Of a stretch of 64,000 nucleotides of DNA, positions 28,574 through 38,788 are shown piece by piece. Position numbers and translations under genes: made by a program. The notes beneath the pieces were generated by a model, which was given only the letters and a program-made list of their open reading frames with translations, made no database searches and was not told the DNA's origin. Origin of the DNA: Candidatus Micrarchaeia archaeon (lineage in GTDB: Archaea; Micrarchaeota; Micrarchaeia; CABMEP01); the NCBI GenBank assembly GCA_038881595.1, contig JAVZPM010000001.1, positions 64,001 to 128,000 of the forward strand, written 5' to 3'. Within the stretch, counting starts at the first letter, position 1; every line of letters starts with the position of its first letter.

Positions 28574-29722
28574 ATGGAAAGAAAAGAAATGGTAAGATAC
28601 ATAGTTGCATTCATAGCTCTTATGTTCATAATATCGATGTTCTATAACTTTACAAGAACACCTACCAACCATGAAACTGTTTCAAACATTAGCCAGGGAA
28701 AAGCAACCGCTACTTGTAAGATAGCAGGGTATGGAAATGAAATTATTATTCAGCCTTGGAATGAAAACACACAGAAGATAGCCAGCGAATTAAAGAATGC
28801 GGGATATATTGATTATATAAATATAGTAGGGAACAAAGGGGTTTTAGTATATTCTTCTAAATTAAATATAGAAAAGATAAGGAATGCATACATAAATGAA
28901 GACGTAGATATATTAGCTCAATCTTCATGTACAATCAATGGACTTGTCTCTTTCTATTTGCAAAATGGAAGCGAAACGAAACAGGCGCCTGGAAACATAA
29001 GGCTTTATCTAGATCCATTTAGCAAAATAGGAGAGGAGATAGATGTTGACCTTGTTGCATATATAAGCGATAAAGGAATTGAATTCATATCTGCAGAACC
29101 CATTACAAGAACTGCAGATGGAAATGTTAATGCAAGTTTTGCATGTTATGATCTATATGCTATAGTAGGAAAGATAAAATGGGAGAATAGAGATCTGAAC
29201 ATAGATGAGGTTATTGAATTAGGCATAAACAGCAGTGATATAAATTATACTAAAAATGATGCAATAACATTTAACAGGGATCTGAACCAAACTGAAATCA
29301 ATGAATTCAACTCAAAGCTAAATGAAACAGGCATAAATGCAACAGTTTATGCTAAGGGAATGATTACAGATTCATTTGACAGACAAAAAATAGAAAGAGT
29401 TGCATCAGACTACAATCTGTCTCTTACATTTTCAGACTCTTATCTGATTCTATTTTCAAACGATGCAAACAAAAACAAAGTAGAAGAATTTATAAACAAA
29501 CGTGGTTCTGTTTTCAAAATCCAGAAGGCTTGCCTTCTGATTACTGAAAAGATCGGTGAAAGATCTGATGGCACACCTATTTACATACCTGAAAAGTTAA
29601 GAAGAATGAGATATTACATAGATTTGAACAGCATTCCTGAAAACAATACTGGAAACTTGAATGTAAAATTTGAATTAATAGGTATGACTGCAGAATATAT
29701 GGAATTCGTAAACATTAGATAA
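28574..29722 (+). CDS. Membrane-anchored extracellular hypothetical protein
   Basis: N-terminal TM segment; Asn-rich, many N-x-S/T sequons. Confidence 0.7.
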   Translation: MERKEMVRYIVAFIALMFIISMFYNFTRTPTNHETVSNISQGKATATCKIAGYGNEIIIQPWNENTQKIASELKNAGYIDYINIVGNKGVLVYSSKLNIEKIRNAYINEDVDILAQSSCTINGLVSFYLQNGSETKQAPGNIRLYLDPFSKIGEEIDVDLVAYISDKGIEFISAEPITRTADGNVNASFACYDLYAIVGKIKWENRDLNIDEVIELGINSSDINYTKNDAITFNRDLNQTEINEFNSKLNETGINATVYAKGMITDSFDRQKIERVASDYNLSLTFSDSYLILFSNDANKNKVEEFINKRGSVFKIQKACLLITEKIGERSDGTPIYIPEKLRRMRYYIDLNSIPENNTGNLNVKFELIGMTAEYMEFVNIR

Positions 29723-29776
29723 AATTTGGCTTGCTAACCTAAAACAAAAGCAATAAAAATAAAAGCGTCATAATCT

Positions 29777-29844
29777 TATTGGCGATGACGATACTGTCCC
29801 AGTCTGAGGAAACTTTGATGATCGAAGTAACTGCCGAGCCAATA
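29777..29844 (+). ncRNA. Box C/D guide sRNA (predicted 23S Gm2251)
   Basis: 7-bp terminal stem TATTGGC/GCCAATA; C ATGACGA, D' CTGA, C' TTGATGA, D CCGA; two 12-nt guides. Confidence 0.85.
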
Positions 29845-29873
29845 TTTTAATATCTTCACACTAAATATCAATT

Positions 29874-31727
29874 ATGGAAGATGTACTCAAGCCGAAAGGC
29901 AATGTTTTACTCTTAGGAGATGAGGCAGTAGTAAGAGGCGCACTTGAAGCAGGTATTTCTATATCTACAACCTATCCTGGAACTCCCGTTTCAGAAGTTG
30001 GAGATTTATTTTGTAAGATTTCAAAAGAAACTGGAGTTTATTTTGAATACTGCACAAATGAAAAGGTAGCTGCAGAAGTGGCAGCAGGGGCTGCGTTCTC
30101 AGGTTTAAGGTCCATGGTTTCATTTAAGCATTTTGGATTCAATGTAGCATCTGATAGCGTTTTTCCACTTGCTTACCATGGAGTAAAAGGAGGAATGGTT
30201 ATTGTTTTTTCAGATGATCCAAATTGCTGGAGTTCGGGCCAAAGTGAACAGGATACAAGGTTCTTTGCAAAGATCGGGCATATGCCAATGCTTGAACCTT
30301 CAAACTCACAGGAGGCTAAGGATTTCACAAAATTTGCATTTGACCTCTCTGAAAAATACGGAATTCCTGTTATTATAAGAATGACTACGAGAGTAGCTTA
30401 TGGAAAATCAATTGTCAAGCTTGGAGAAATAAAGAAAGGCAAGAGTCTAGGTCAAGGAGAATTCAAGAAAGATGATAAATGGAATACAATGCCTCCAAGA
30501 ATTATTGACAGGCATAAAGAGCTTCATGATATAATGCTGAAGTTAGAGGAAGAAAGCGAAAAATCTGAGTTTAACAAAGTAATAAAAGGAGATAAAGGAG
30601 GGCTTGGTATAATAGCAACTGGAGTATCATTCAATTATGCATTAGAGGCCTGTGATAAATTGAATAGAAAATTACCAATACTAAAGCTCTCATTTTATCC
30701 TTATCCAAAGAAAAAAATTGTTGAATTTATTAAAGAATTTGAATTGAAAAGCATATTAGTTGTTGAAGAAATAGAAGATTTTGTAGCACAGCATGTAAAA
30801 TCTGTGATTGCAGATAATGAATTGAAAATCAAAGTGCATGGTAATGATCTTATTCCTCCAATAGGAGAGATGAGAACTGAAAAAGTTATAAATGCGATTG
30901 TTTCCATTCTAAACCTTCCTCCAGTTGAAGAAAAGAAAACTCCACCTGATGTGTTCAAGAGAGATCCGATCTTATGTCCAGGTTGTCCACATAGAGCTAG
31001 CTTCTGGAATACTAAAGAAGTTTTAGGAAGAGGAATAACATATGGTGGAGATATAGGATGTTATATTCTAGGAATTTATAATCCAATTGATATGCAAGAT
31101 TATATTATCTCCATGGGTGCAGGAACTGGAATTGCACATGGAATACACAAGGCAACTGGAAAAACTGTAGTCTCATTCATGGGTGATTCTACTTTCTTCC
31201 ATGCAGGATTGCCTGAGATTGCAAATGCTATATATAATCAATCAGATATGATAATAATCATTCTTGACAATGGCACAACTGCAATGACAGGACAGCAACC
31301 GCATGCTGGAACTGGAATAAGATGTGGTGAAAGTGCGCCTAAGATATCGATAGAAGAAGTTTGCAGGGCGATGGGTGCAGATGTGTCCGTGGTTAATCCT
31401 TTTGACACTAAGAAATCTCAAGAAATAATGAAAGCAGTTAAGGAAAAGAAAGGAGTAAGGGTTGTTATTTACAGACAACCTTGCAGATTAATGTTTATGA
31501 GAAACGCAAGGAAAAACAAGATAAAAGTACCAATCTATCAAATTCATGAGGATTTGTGTAAGAAATGTGGCAAATGCATAGAATATGGATGTCCTGCAAT
31601 TCACTATGATAAAAAAGAGAATAAATACTACATCTCAGAAGACATGTGTTGGGGATGCACTGTATGTTCACAGATATGCCCATATGGTGCAATCAAACCA
31701 AAAATAAGCGATGATAAAAAAGCTTAA
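29874..31727 (+). CDS. iorA: Indolepyruvate:ferredoxin oxidoreductase alpha subunit
   Basis: LLGDEAVVRG, YPGTP, NEKVA, LCPGCPH, GDIGC, GDSTFFH, TAMTGQQP, two C-terminal 4Fe-4S motifs. Confidence 0.95.
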   Translation: MEDVLKPKGNVLLLGDEAVVRGALEAGISISTTYPGTPVSEVGDLFCKISKETGVYFEYCTNEKVAAEVAAGAAFSGLRSMVSFKHFGFNVASDSVFPLAYHGVKGGMVIVFSDDPNCWSSGQSEQDTRFFAKIGHMPMLEPSNSQEAKDFTKFAFDLSEKYGIPVIIRMTTRVAYGKSIVKLGEIKKGKSLGQGEFKKDDKWNTMPPRIIDRHKELHDIMLKLEEESEKSEFNKVIKGDKGGLGIIATGVSFNYALEACDKLNRKLPILKLSFYPYPKKKIVEFIKEFELKSILVVEEIEDFVAQHVKSVIADNELKIKVHGNDLIPPIGEMRTEKVINAIVSILNLPPVEEKKTPPDVFKRDPILCPGCPHRASFWNTKEVLGRGITYGGDIGCYILGIYNPIDMQDYIISMGAGTGIAHGIHKATGKTVVSFMGDSTFFHAGLPEIANAIYNQSDMIIIILDNGTTAMTGQQPHAGTGIRCGESAPKISIEEVCRAMGADVSVVNPFDTKKSQEIMKAVKEKKGVRVVIYRQPCRLMFMRNARKNKIKVPIYQIHEDLCKKCGKCIEYGCPAIHYDKKENKYYISEDMCWGCTVCSQICPYGAIKPKISDDKKA

Positions 31728-31743
31728 ATTGTGGTGATTAAAG

Positions 31744-32394
31744 ATGCCGAATGGAAAAGAGAATGGAAAATCTAAAAACAATAAAAATGAAAATGGAGAG
31801 ATAAATATAATAATAACTGGTGTTGGAGGACAAGGAGTAATGACGCTAGGAAGTCTTATTTCATTAGCTGCCCAAAGAGAAGGAAACAATGTTATGACTA
31901 GCGAACTGCATGGTTTGGCCAAAAGATTTGGACATACTGAATTCCATTTAAGGATTGGAAAAAACGTCAAGACGACAATAGTACCAAATATGGCTGCAGA
32001 CATGATAATAGCTTTAGAACCGCTTGAGATACAATCACTAATAAAATATTGCAATAAAGAAAAAACGATTGTATATTCAGACTCTATTCAAATAAAACCA
32101 ACTAAGATGGATATAGAAAATATAAGCTATCCATCTTTAGATGAAATAAAAACAAGGATCAAACCACATGTTAAAGAGATTTTTGTATATCCTGCATCTG
32201 AAATTGCAAAGCAAATTGCAGGCAGTAATATGTATTCAAATATTTATCTATTAGGAAAGATTATCAAAAATAAACATTTGAAAATAAAACAAAAAACAAT
32301 TACAGACATACTTGAAGAATCATTCGGAAAGAACAATGAAAACATTAAGGTTTTAAAGGAAGCTGTTAAAAATAATGATAAAAGTTTAATTTAA
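31744..32394 (+). CDS. iorB: Indolepyruvate:ferredoxin oxidoreductase beta subunit
   Basis: ITGVGGQG, SELHGLAKRFG, ADMIIALEPLE. Confidence 0.88.
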   Translation: MPNGKENGKSKNNKNENGEINIIITGVGGQGVMTLGSLISLAAQREGNNVMTSELHGLAKRFGHTEFHLRIGKNVKTTIVPNMAADMIIALEPLEIQSLIKYCNKEKTIVYSDSIQIKPTKMDIENISYPSLDEIKTRIKPHVKEIFVYPASEIAKQIAGSNMYSNIYLLGKIIKNKHLKIKQKTITDILEESFGKNNENIKVLKEAVKNNDKSLI

Positions 32395-32419
32395 TCTTTG
32401 AATTGATAGAGGTGCTAGA

Positions 32420-32653
32420 ATGGCAAAAATAATACATGATAGAGATGCATGCATTGGATGCGGAACATGCGCAGCAGTATGTTCAAAATACTGGAAGATG
32501 GCGAGCGACGGCAAATCAGAATTGATCGGCGCTAAGAAGAATGGAAAGGTATTCGAATTAGAAGTTAAGGATATAGCATGCAATCAGGATGCTGCAGAGG
32601 CATGCCCTGTGAACTGCATACATATCGAAGACAAAGGAAAAAGAAAGATATAA
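32420..32653 (+). CDS. Monocluster ferredoxin
   Basis: CIGCGTC...ACPVNCI; GAGGTG RBS. Confidence 0.92.
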   Translation: MAKIIHDRDACIGCGTCAAVCSKYWKMASDGKSELIGAKKNGKVFELEVKDIACNQDAAEACPVNCIHIEDKGKRKI

Positions 32654-32753
32654 CGAATAACTTTGTTTTCGATTCTATTTAAAATTTGTTTTAAATTTGT
32701 TTAAATTTCATTTGTTTTTCATATTTTATTTATTTTTTGTTTAAAGTGAAATA

Positions 32754-33155
32754 ATGAATAAGCACATAAAGATCTATTGTTTTGGAAATCCACTGATAAA
32801 AAATGATAGAATGCCTCTTGAAATAATCCCAGATTTAGAGAAAAAATTCCCAATGATTGAATTTATTCCAGCAGAATCCCCAGATGAAATAGAAGATGAA
32901 AATGAAATTAACATAATCGATATTGTAGATGGAGTAGAAAATGTAAGATTGATAACTGATATAGATGAAATATGCGAGAATAGAAGATGTTCGATGCATG
33001 ATTTTGATCTTGGAATGACATTAAAAATAATGAAAAAGATTGGGAAAATAAAGAAAATAAATATATTTGCAATTCCAATGAAATGTAAAAAAAGAAAGGC
33101 GATTAAAGAAATAGAAAAATTATTGAATGAAACTTTAACTCCATTTAACCCTTAA
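32754..33155 (+). CDS. Short hydrogenase maturation protease-like protein
   Basis: FGNPLIKND, IIDIVDG, SMHDF; convergent with the hydrogenase large subunit. Confidence 0.7.
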   Translation: MNKHIKIYCFGNPLIKNDRMPLEIIPDLEKKFPMIEFIPAESPDEIEDENEINIIDIVDGVENVRLITDIDEICENRRCSMHDFDLGMTLKIMKKIGKIKKINIFAIPMKCKKRKAIKEIEKLLNETLTPFNP

Positions 33156-34424
33156 GAAGTGACTTGCGCAAGACATACATGGGTCATATGCTCTTATTAG
33201 TTTCTCTATGTTGTGCTCAATAGTATGCTTATCTATTCCTTCATCTAGGTTTTGCTGCACTAACTCTTTGATGTCTCTTTCCATGTTAACCTGATTCTGA
33301 GCAGTTGGGATAACAAGCAATCCATCTTTTACAATTCCTTTATCTATATTCAATTCATAATACAGAGTGCCTCTTGGTGCTTCTACCACACCTATACCTT
33401 TCCCCTTCTTTTGTTTGTATTTAGTTAGATCTGGTAACTTTTCTTCCTTAAAGCTGCTGCTTTCTAGTATCTCTATTGAAGCATCTATGCAATGCAACAT
33501 TTCTATAGCCTGTGCAAGATTGTTATGGAATATATTTTTTGAAGGAAATACACTTGTAAACTCAGATAAATCCCTTAATGTATCAGTATGCATGTTATGA
33601 AGATTAAGGTTTAATCTTGACAATGAACCAACAATATATTCCTCACCTTTGAACTTAAAGCCTGTTGCTTGTGAGTAAGGGATGACAACTCTATGTAGAT
33701 GCTTTGGAAAATCATTTTCATCTACAATCAATCCAGTTGAATCCTGTATCCTACCTTCGACAAAGTTAAATTTTTTATCTACTAATGCAATGTTTCTTGC
33801 GCTACAGAAAAATTCAAATTGGGAGTCAAAAAATATTTCTACAAGATCAATTACATGTTCTCTTACAGAAGCAAGCTCTGAAATTAAATTCTTAATTGAA
33901 TCCTTGGTTGGTATAGATGAAAAACCTCCAATCCTAGGATAAAGCGCATGCACTGCTCTTCCTGCAACAATGGTTGCAAGATTATTTGCTGCTTTTTTTA
34001 CCTTAAGGCCATTTTCAACTATTTTCATTTGTTTCTTGTCAAAATCCAATACAGAATCTTTATCGAATATATCTGGAAGACAAAACAGGTATAAATGCAT
34101 TGCATGATCTCTGAGAATTGTACCAAACATTGAAAGATGTCTTAATTTCATTGTTTGTTCTGATGGCTCAATTCCTAATGAATTTTCAATCGCTTCTATG
34201 CAGCAGGTCATATGAGAAAGGCTACATGTACCACATATTCTTGAAACTATAGAATATACATTATCAATACTCATTCCTCTTACTGCCTGAGTATAAAATC
34301 GTTTATTTTCCACTATCTTCAATTTAGCACTTTCCACTTTTCCATTTTTTACTTTTATTTCTACACTTCCATGTCCTTCAATCTTGCTCAAATCTTTTAT
34401 GGATATATCTGAAATATTATGCAT
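33135..34424 (-). CDS. hydA: NiFe hydrogenase large subunit (group 3b-like alpha)
   Basis: KIEGH, L1 RICGTC, EAPRG, L2 DPCMSCASH followed by a 7-aa tail. Confidence 0.92.
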   Translation of the reverse strand: MHNISDISIKDLSKIEGHGSVEIKVKNGKVESAKLKIVENKRFYTQAVRGMSIDNVYSIVSRICGTCSLSHMTCCIEAIENSLGIEPSEQTMKLRHLSMFGTILRDHAMHLYLFCLPDIFDKDSVLDFDKKQMKIVENGLKVKKAANNLATIVAGRAVHALYPRIGGFSSIPTKDSIKNLISELASVREHVIDLVEIFFDSQFEFFCSARNIALVDKKFNFVEGRIQDSTGLIVDENDFPKHLHRVVIPYSQATGFKFKGEEYIVGSLSRLNLNLHNMHTDTLRDLSEFTSVFPSKNIFHNNLAQAIEMLHCIDASIEILESSSFKEEKLPDLTKYKQKKGKGIGVVEAPRGTLYYELNIDKGIVKDGLLVIPTAQNQVNMERDIKELVQQNLDEGIDKHTIEHNIEKLIRAYDPCMSCASHFLRVKWS

Positions 34425-34437
34425 ATAACCACCTTAA

Positions 34438-34944
34438 TTATTTGAAATCATATGAATGTTGCTCAATGAAAGAAGAAAACTCTTTTACGAATTGATCTCC
34501 ATCCATTGGACATCCGGGAACCCTGAAATCAACTCTGATAAATTTGGAAACAGGCTCAACTGATTCTAAGTAATCAAACTTTTTCAATATTTTTTCTATT
34601 TCTTTCTTTTTTTCGTTGTCGAAATTGTTTCTTAGTCCTGCTGGCATTCCTGTAAGAGCGCAAGAGCCTACAGCCATGACAAATTTTGATTTGTCTCTTA
34701 TTTCTTTCAAAAGATTAACCTCATCTTTTGTTGAGACTGCGCCTTCCACGATCGCAAGATCAAGCTCATCCAAATTATTCTTGGATTTAAGGATTTTAAA
34801 ATGTCTGAATTCGATCTTTTCAGACCATTCCTTAAATTTGTCATTCAAAAGCTCTATGAATATTATCGCACAACCTTCGCAGCAGGTAAATGTGAACCAG
34901 CCTACCTTTATTTTTTTACTTTTTCTTGAAATACTTTCCTTCAT
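34438..34944 (-). CDS. NiFe hydrogenase small subunit, proximal-cluster domain only
   Basis: TCCEGC, IVEGAV, AVGSCA, VPGCP; start MKES at 34944. Confidence 0.88.
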   Translation of the reverse strand: MKESISRKSKKIKVGWFTFTCCEGCAIIFIELLNDKFKEWSEKIEFRHFKILKSKNNLDELDLAIVEGAVSTKDEVNLLKEIRDKSKFVMAVGSCALTGMPAGLRNNFDNEKKKEIEKILKKFDYLESVEPVSKFIRVDFRVPGCPMDGDQFVKEFSSFIEQHSYDFK

Positions 34945-34966
34945 CTTAACCACTCTAAGAAGATAT

Positions 34967-35809
34967 TCAATCATAAATCTTTAATGACTTCCTTATCTGT
35001 GCTGATATTGAAGTCCATAATTTCTCAAGTAATTTAATCATTAGTACAAATATTAAATTAAATAAAATACCAAACAATATGAATGAAAAGACGATTGAAA
35101 GAATTGTTAAAATGAAAAGAAGAAGATTGAAATTGAACTGAATTGATACAAAGTTCAAAAGTATAAAGACTATAAGCAAGGGAATCACTGGAAATGAAAA
35201 GAGAACAGAATAAGTTGCCTTCCAATCATCTTCACTGGGAGCAGAAGTAATAGAAGATACTATAATAAAGTATATGAAAATAACTGACAATAATGAAGGT
35301 GATATTATTAATGATAATAACAGATTAACTAATGGAATCACTATGGATGAGAGAATAGAGATATAGGATTCTAGACTTATGTTTGGCTTAGCTTCTAATA
35401 CTTTATACATTGGTATATTTACTTGAAATAAAATTATACTTAAGATAAAAAGAACCAATGATGGGATAAAGGCTGGCGCAAATGCAGCTATTATTATAGA
35501 TATCCAACCACCTATAGATTGAGAGGATCTTGTTGCTATTCTTCCTCCTTTTGAAGTTACAAACGATTCTTTTAGGTTTATCTCAGAACCAGTAAAAAGT
35601 GCTGCAAATAAATGAGATAATTCATGTATTGCAATTGCAAATTCAATAATAAACCACTCTGTTAGTCTATATTTATAAAGTGATGGAAATATGAATCTCC
35701 TTGCTATAAAAAGTAGGACGACTGACTGAATAAACCAAAAAAGAAGTATACCTATAAAAACTAGAATTGGTGTTAATATATATGTAATAAGTTCTGAATC
35801 TAATGACAT
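34967..35809 (-). CDS. Membrane metallopeptidase (M50-like)
   Basis: IHELSH, AFAP, PSEDD, multiple TM segments. Confidence 0.65.
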   Translation of the reverse strand: MSLDSELITYILTPILVFIGILLFWFIQSVVLLFIARRFIFPSLYKYRLTEWFIIEFAIAIHELSHLFAALFTGSEINLKESFVTSKGGRIATRSSQSIGGWISIIIAAFAPAFIPSLVLFILSIILFQVNIPMYKVLEAKPNISLESYISILSSIVIPLVNLLLSLIISPSLLSVIFIYFIIVSSITSAPSEDDWKATYSVLFSFPVIPLLIVFILLNFVSIQFNFNLLLFILTILSIVFSFILFGILFNLIFVLMIKLLEKLWTSISAQIRKSLKIYD

Positions 35810-35879
35810 TTGCTCACTGAAAAGATATTAGTGTGTAAGTTTTAAAACTTGTTTAGTTGATATCTATAACTAGATAGAC

Positions 35880-36221
35880 ATGGTAAATAAGAAAAATAAA
35901 GATAAAGAAAATAAAAATGATGATGGAATTAACTTTAAAGAAAGAGTTTATTCAATCCTTAGAAAGATACCAAAAGGTAAAGTAATAACCTATAAAAGAC
36001 TTGCTCAACTTGCTGGAAACAATAAAGCAGCACGTGTTATTGGAAATCTAATGAGAATAAATAAGAATCCTGAAAAAATTCCTTGCTACAAAGTTGTTAA
36101 AAGTAATGGCGCGATTGGAGGATATTCTGCGAAAGGCGGTATTAAGAAAAAGATCCAACTCCTTAAGAAAGATGGAATACAAATAAAAAATGGAAAAATA
36201 GAAAAGAAATTTATGTATTAA
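35880..36221 (+). CDS. ogt: O6-methylguanine-DNA methyltransferase family protein
   Basis: IPKGKVITY, AARVIG, PCYKVV active site, GGYS. Confidence 0.88.
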   Translation: MVNKKNKDKENKNDDGINFKERVYSILRKIPKGKVITYKRLAQLAGNNKAARVIGNLMRINKNPEKIPCYKVVKSNGAIGGYSAKGGIKKKIQLLKKDGIQIKNGKIEKKFMY

Positions 36222-36303
36222 CGGATCTAACAATTTAAATTCTAAATTCGATTTAAATAATTTTGTATGTTTAATTGTTTATTTTTAGTTGTTGTTTGAT
36301 TAA

Positions 36304-36600
36304 TCATTTCTTCTTTGATTCTTGAAATTGCTTCTTTATCCTTTCTTCTTGTTTCTCTAATATCTGTATTCTTGCTTCCAAAGTTGCCTTCTTATCATTA
36401 AGATCTTTAACTACTTCTTCTTTTGTTGACTTAAGGAGAACTGGACCTACTAATCTATATATATCTCCTTTTGCAGATTCTATCTCTTTTAGAGCATGGT
36501 CTATCTCATCAGACTGTATTTTCATTTGCTGTTTCTGAAGAGAGATTATCTGAAGCTGCTGTTGCAATGACTGCAATTCCAATTGTCTATCTTCCTCCAT
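36304..36600 (-). CDS. pfdB: Prefoldin beta subunit
   Basis: Coiled coil, ALKEIE...IYRLVGPVLL; superoperon position. Confidence 0.88.
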   Translation of the reverse strand: MEEDRQLELQSLQQQLQIISLQKQQMKIQSDEIDHALKEIESAKGDIYRLVGPVLLKSTKEEVVKDLNDKKATLEARIQILEKQEERIKKQFQESKKK

Positions 36601-36708
36601 AAAAAACACCTCGTGAATAGAATTTTTACAAGCATCCCAATTACTATATATTATGAAAATTAATAATTCTTTACCTAACCATCTAATCATACATTCCTTT
36701 CTTTTTAT

Positions 36709-36951
36709 TTACTCTTCTGCAAAGTTCTGAACTCCTTTGATAACCTTTAAAGCCCTAAGCTGAGATCCAACTGCTGCATGAAGAGAAGCGAGATCATCAG
36801 CAGTTATTAATATTATTAAAGTTTTATCTGATTTTGAAAGATTTATCTTTGCTCTTCCTTTGAATTCAAGTTCTGGTTGCAAAGCTTTATATGCGTCATC
36901 TAATTCTTTCTTGGTACTAAAAGGCATTTCTATCGTTAACTTTATTTCCAT
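36709..36951 (-). CDS. pcc1: KEOPS subunit Pcc1
   Basis: YKALQPE...ITADDLASLHAAVGS; superoperon position. Confidence 0.85.
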   Translation of the reverse strand: MEIKLTIEMPFSTKKELDDAYKALQPELEFKGRAKINLSKSDKTLIILITADDLASLHAAVGSQLRALKVIKGVQNFAEE

Positions 36952-36988
36952 AAAGACACCTTAAAATACTGTCATATCAATCAGAAAA

Positions 36989-37486
36989 TCATTCTTCCAC
37001 TTTTCTTGACTCCAAAAGTTCTTTTATCTTTAATTGCATTCGTTTATCTTTATACTTGAATAGTAATGAATTGTCTGAAATTATAAACTTTGTTGTATCA
37101 TCAGTTGTTGGTTCTGGAATAACAAACAAATCCGCTATTCTTTTAGCCTTTTCTGACTTACTGCTATTTTTTATTATCATTTCAACTTCCTTATTTATTC
37201 TACCTATCTTCTTATGTACAAACTTAGTATCAACTGAAAATATTATAAACGGAAAAACCCATTTCCATTCATCACTAATGTCTATAAAAGAAAGTTTATT
37301 TGGATTGCCTTTTGTCTCGCTTACAATAATTATCCTTGAATATCCTAGCTCGTCTGCTCTACTTATAACATCTTCGATTGATTTTTTTCCTCTCGGCTCA
37401 TACTTTGAATTTAGAAATGTTGCAAGATTTGATGCTAGAATTTTAGTAGAAAGAGATGGTTTTCTACTTGTAGTGACATACATCAA
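36989..37486 (-). CDS. Brix/Imp4 ribosome biogenesis protein
   Basis: TTSRKPS, RGKKS, SETKGNP. Confidence 0.88.
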   Translation of the reverse strand: MMYVTTSRKPSLSTKILASNLATFLNSKYEPRGKKSIEDVISRADELGYSRIIIVSETKGNPNKLSFIDISDEWKWVFPFIIFSVDTKFVHKKIGRINKEVEMIIKNSSKSEKAKRIADLFVIPEPTTDDTTKFIISDNSLLFKYKDKRMQLKIKELLESRKVEE

Positions 37487-37527
37487 ATCACTAGCTATTA
37501 TTGAAAAATTAAAAAGATCAAAAAAAA

Positions 37528-37656
37528 TTAATCAGTTTTTACAACTCTTGCTACTGGAAGACGTGGCTTGTAAAGAATCCTCCAAGCACAGTAAGGACAT
37601 CTTACAAAGTTTGTTATTTCTTCTATTTCTTTTCCACAATTCCCGCAAATATACAA
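37528..37656 (-). CDS. rpoP: RNA polymerase subunit P (Rpo12), not in ORF track
   Basis: TTG start after GGTGAT; MYICGNCGKEIEEITNFVRCPYCAWRILYKPRLPVARVVKTD. Confidence 0.92.
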   Translation of the reverse strand: MYICGNCGKEIEEITNFVRCPYCAWRILYKPRLPVARVVKTD

Positions 37657-37696
37657 AAAATCACCTTTTTAGAATATTAACTATCCTAATAGCACT

Positions 37697-37939
37697 TCAT
37701 TGTTTCTTATTGTAGTCAGATATTATACGTGCTACTGTTTCACCAAATTGTGTGGTAGGTGAATATGCTCCTCCTGCAAAGGTATATGAACAGGATTTGC
37801 ATTCCCAAACTCCACTCGAAATTCTTTTTACTTTTATCTTGCCACATGAAGGGCACTTATATTTCTGCTTCAATTGCTTTTTTACAGATTCGAGACGAAT
37901 CTTAATAGAACGTCCTCCTCTTATTGTGGGGGATACCAT
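37697..37939 (-). CDS. rpl37ae: 50S ribosomal protein L37ae (eL43)
   Basis: CPSCG...VKRISSGVWECKSC..TFAGGAY. Confidence 0.93.
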   Translation of the reverse strand: MVSPTIRGGRSIKIRLESVKKQLKQKYKCPSCGKIKVKRISSGVWECKSCSYTFAGGAYSPTTQFGETVARIISDYNKKQ

Positions 37940-37988
37940 ACTAATCACTCCATTTAAACTATTATTAGTACATTAACTAACAGTGTAA

Positions 37989-38768
37989 TCATATTTTCTC
38001 CAAAAGACTTAATAAATATTTTCTTTGCTCAAAAGATTTATCAAGCAAGGATATTATCTCTTCCTTTGTAAAGGCACCTGGACCTGCTTTTTGAATTGCA
38101 TAAAGCATTCCATCTCCAACACAATATGTGATTCTTGCATCAGCTACCATCTCTTCAGCATATGTTGGATCTAATATTATATCTTTACCTATTTTTACAA
38201 ACGTACATTGTGTAGGTATTGTTAATAATTTCTTTGGTGTCATATTCTCTCTTATTATTTTTTCATTTTCATATCTTGGGATCTTCATACTATGAAGAGC
38301 TGCTGTAGCTGCCAATGCTGCTGCATCAAGAAGATTTCCGTCATGGTCTAAAGTGTATATATCAACAAATACACCCCATACTTTCCCTTCTTCTATAAAC
38401 AAAGATTTTAAATCCACTGCCTCTGCAGCTCTTATTCCTCTATCAACCACTCTTGCAAGCTCTATTGAATCATCGGATGGGGGTCCTTCTTCAAATGTTT
38501 CATGCGCAGTTGGAAGAAGGTCTGCATTTACAGTTAGCGTTCCTTCCATTGGTCTATCTGAAAATGGCTCTACAACTTCAAGTTTTACACCTGCCATTAC
38601 TCTAGATTTGCCTATAGTAACATCTGCGGAACCTTCTGCGGTAGAAATTACATTTGTTTTAATAGTTATCTCTCTATATTCATCAAAGGCTCTATCATCA
38701 ATTCTCTTTCCTAGCTTAAGCATATCTCTAATCGCTTCTTTTTTCAATTCATCGATCACCATAACCAT
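37989..38768 (-). CDS. rrp42: Exosome subunit Rrp42
   Basis: RIDDRAFDEYR, AEGSA, IELARVVDRGIR, DHDGN. Confidence 0.95.
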   Translation of the reverse strand: MVMVIDELKKEAIRDMLKLGKRIDDRAFDEYREITIKTNVISTAEGSADVTIGKSRVMAGVKLEVVEPFSDRPMEGTLTVNADLLPTAHETFEEGPPSDDSIELARVVDRGIRAAEAVDLKSLFIEEGKVWGVFVDIYTLDHDGNLLDAAALAATAALHSMKIPRYENEKIIRENMTPKKLLTIPTQCTFVKIGKDIILDPTYAEEMVADARITYCVGDGMLYAIQKAGPGAFTKEEIISLLDKSFEQRKYLLSLLEKI

Positions 38769-38788
38769 ATAAATCACCTTTTTCTAAT

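Noticed and set aside
33135..33190. Possible selenocysteine (NiFeSe) hydrogenase
   Set aside because: L2 motif DPCMSC uses Cys codons; no in-frame TGA.
37056..37715. 219-aa plus-strand ORF and similar antisense ORFs throughout
   Set aside because: Shadows of real opposite-strand genes (Brix, rpoP); Ser/Phe/Ile-rich composition typical of antisense frames.
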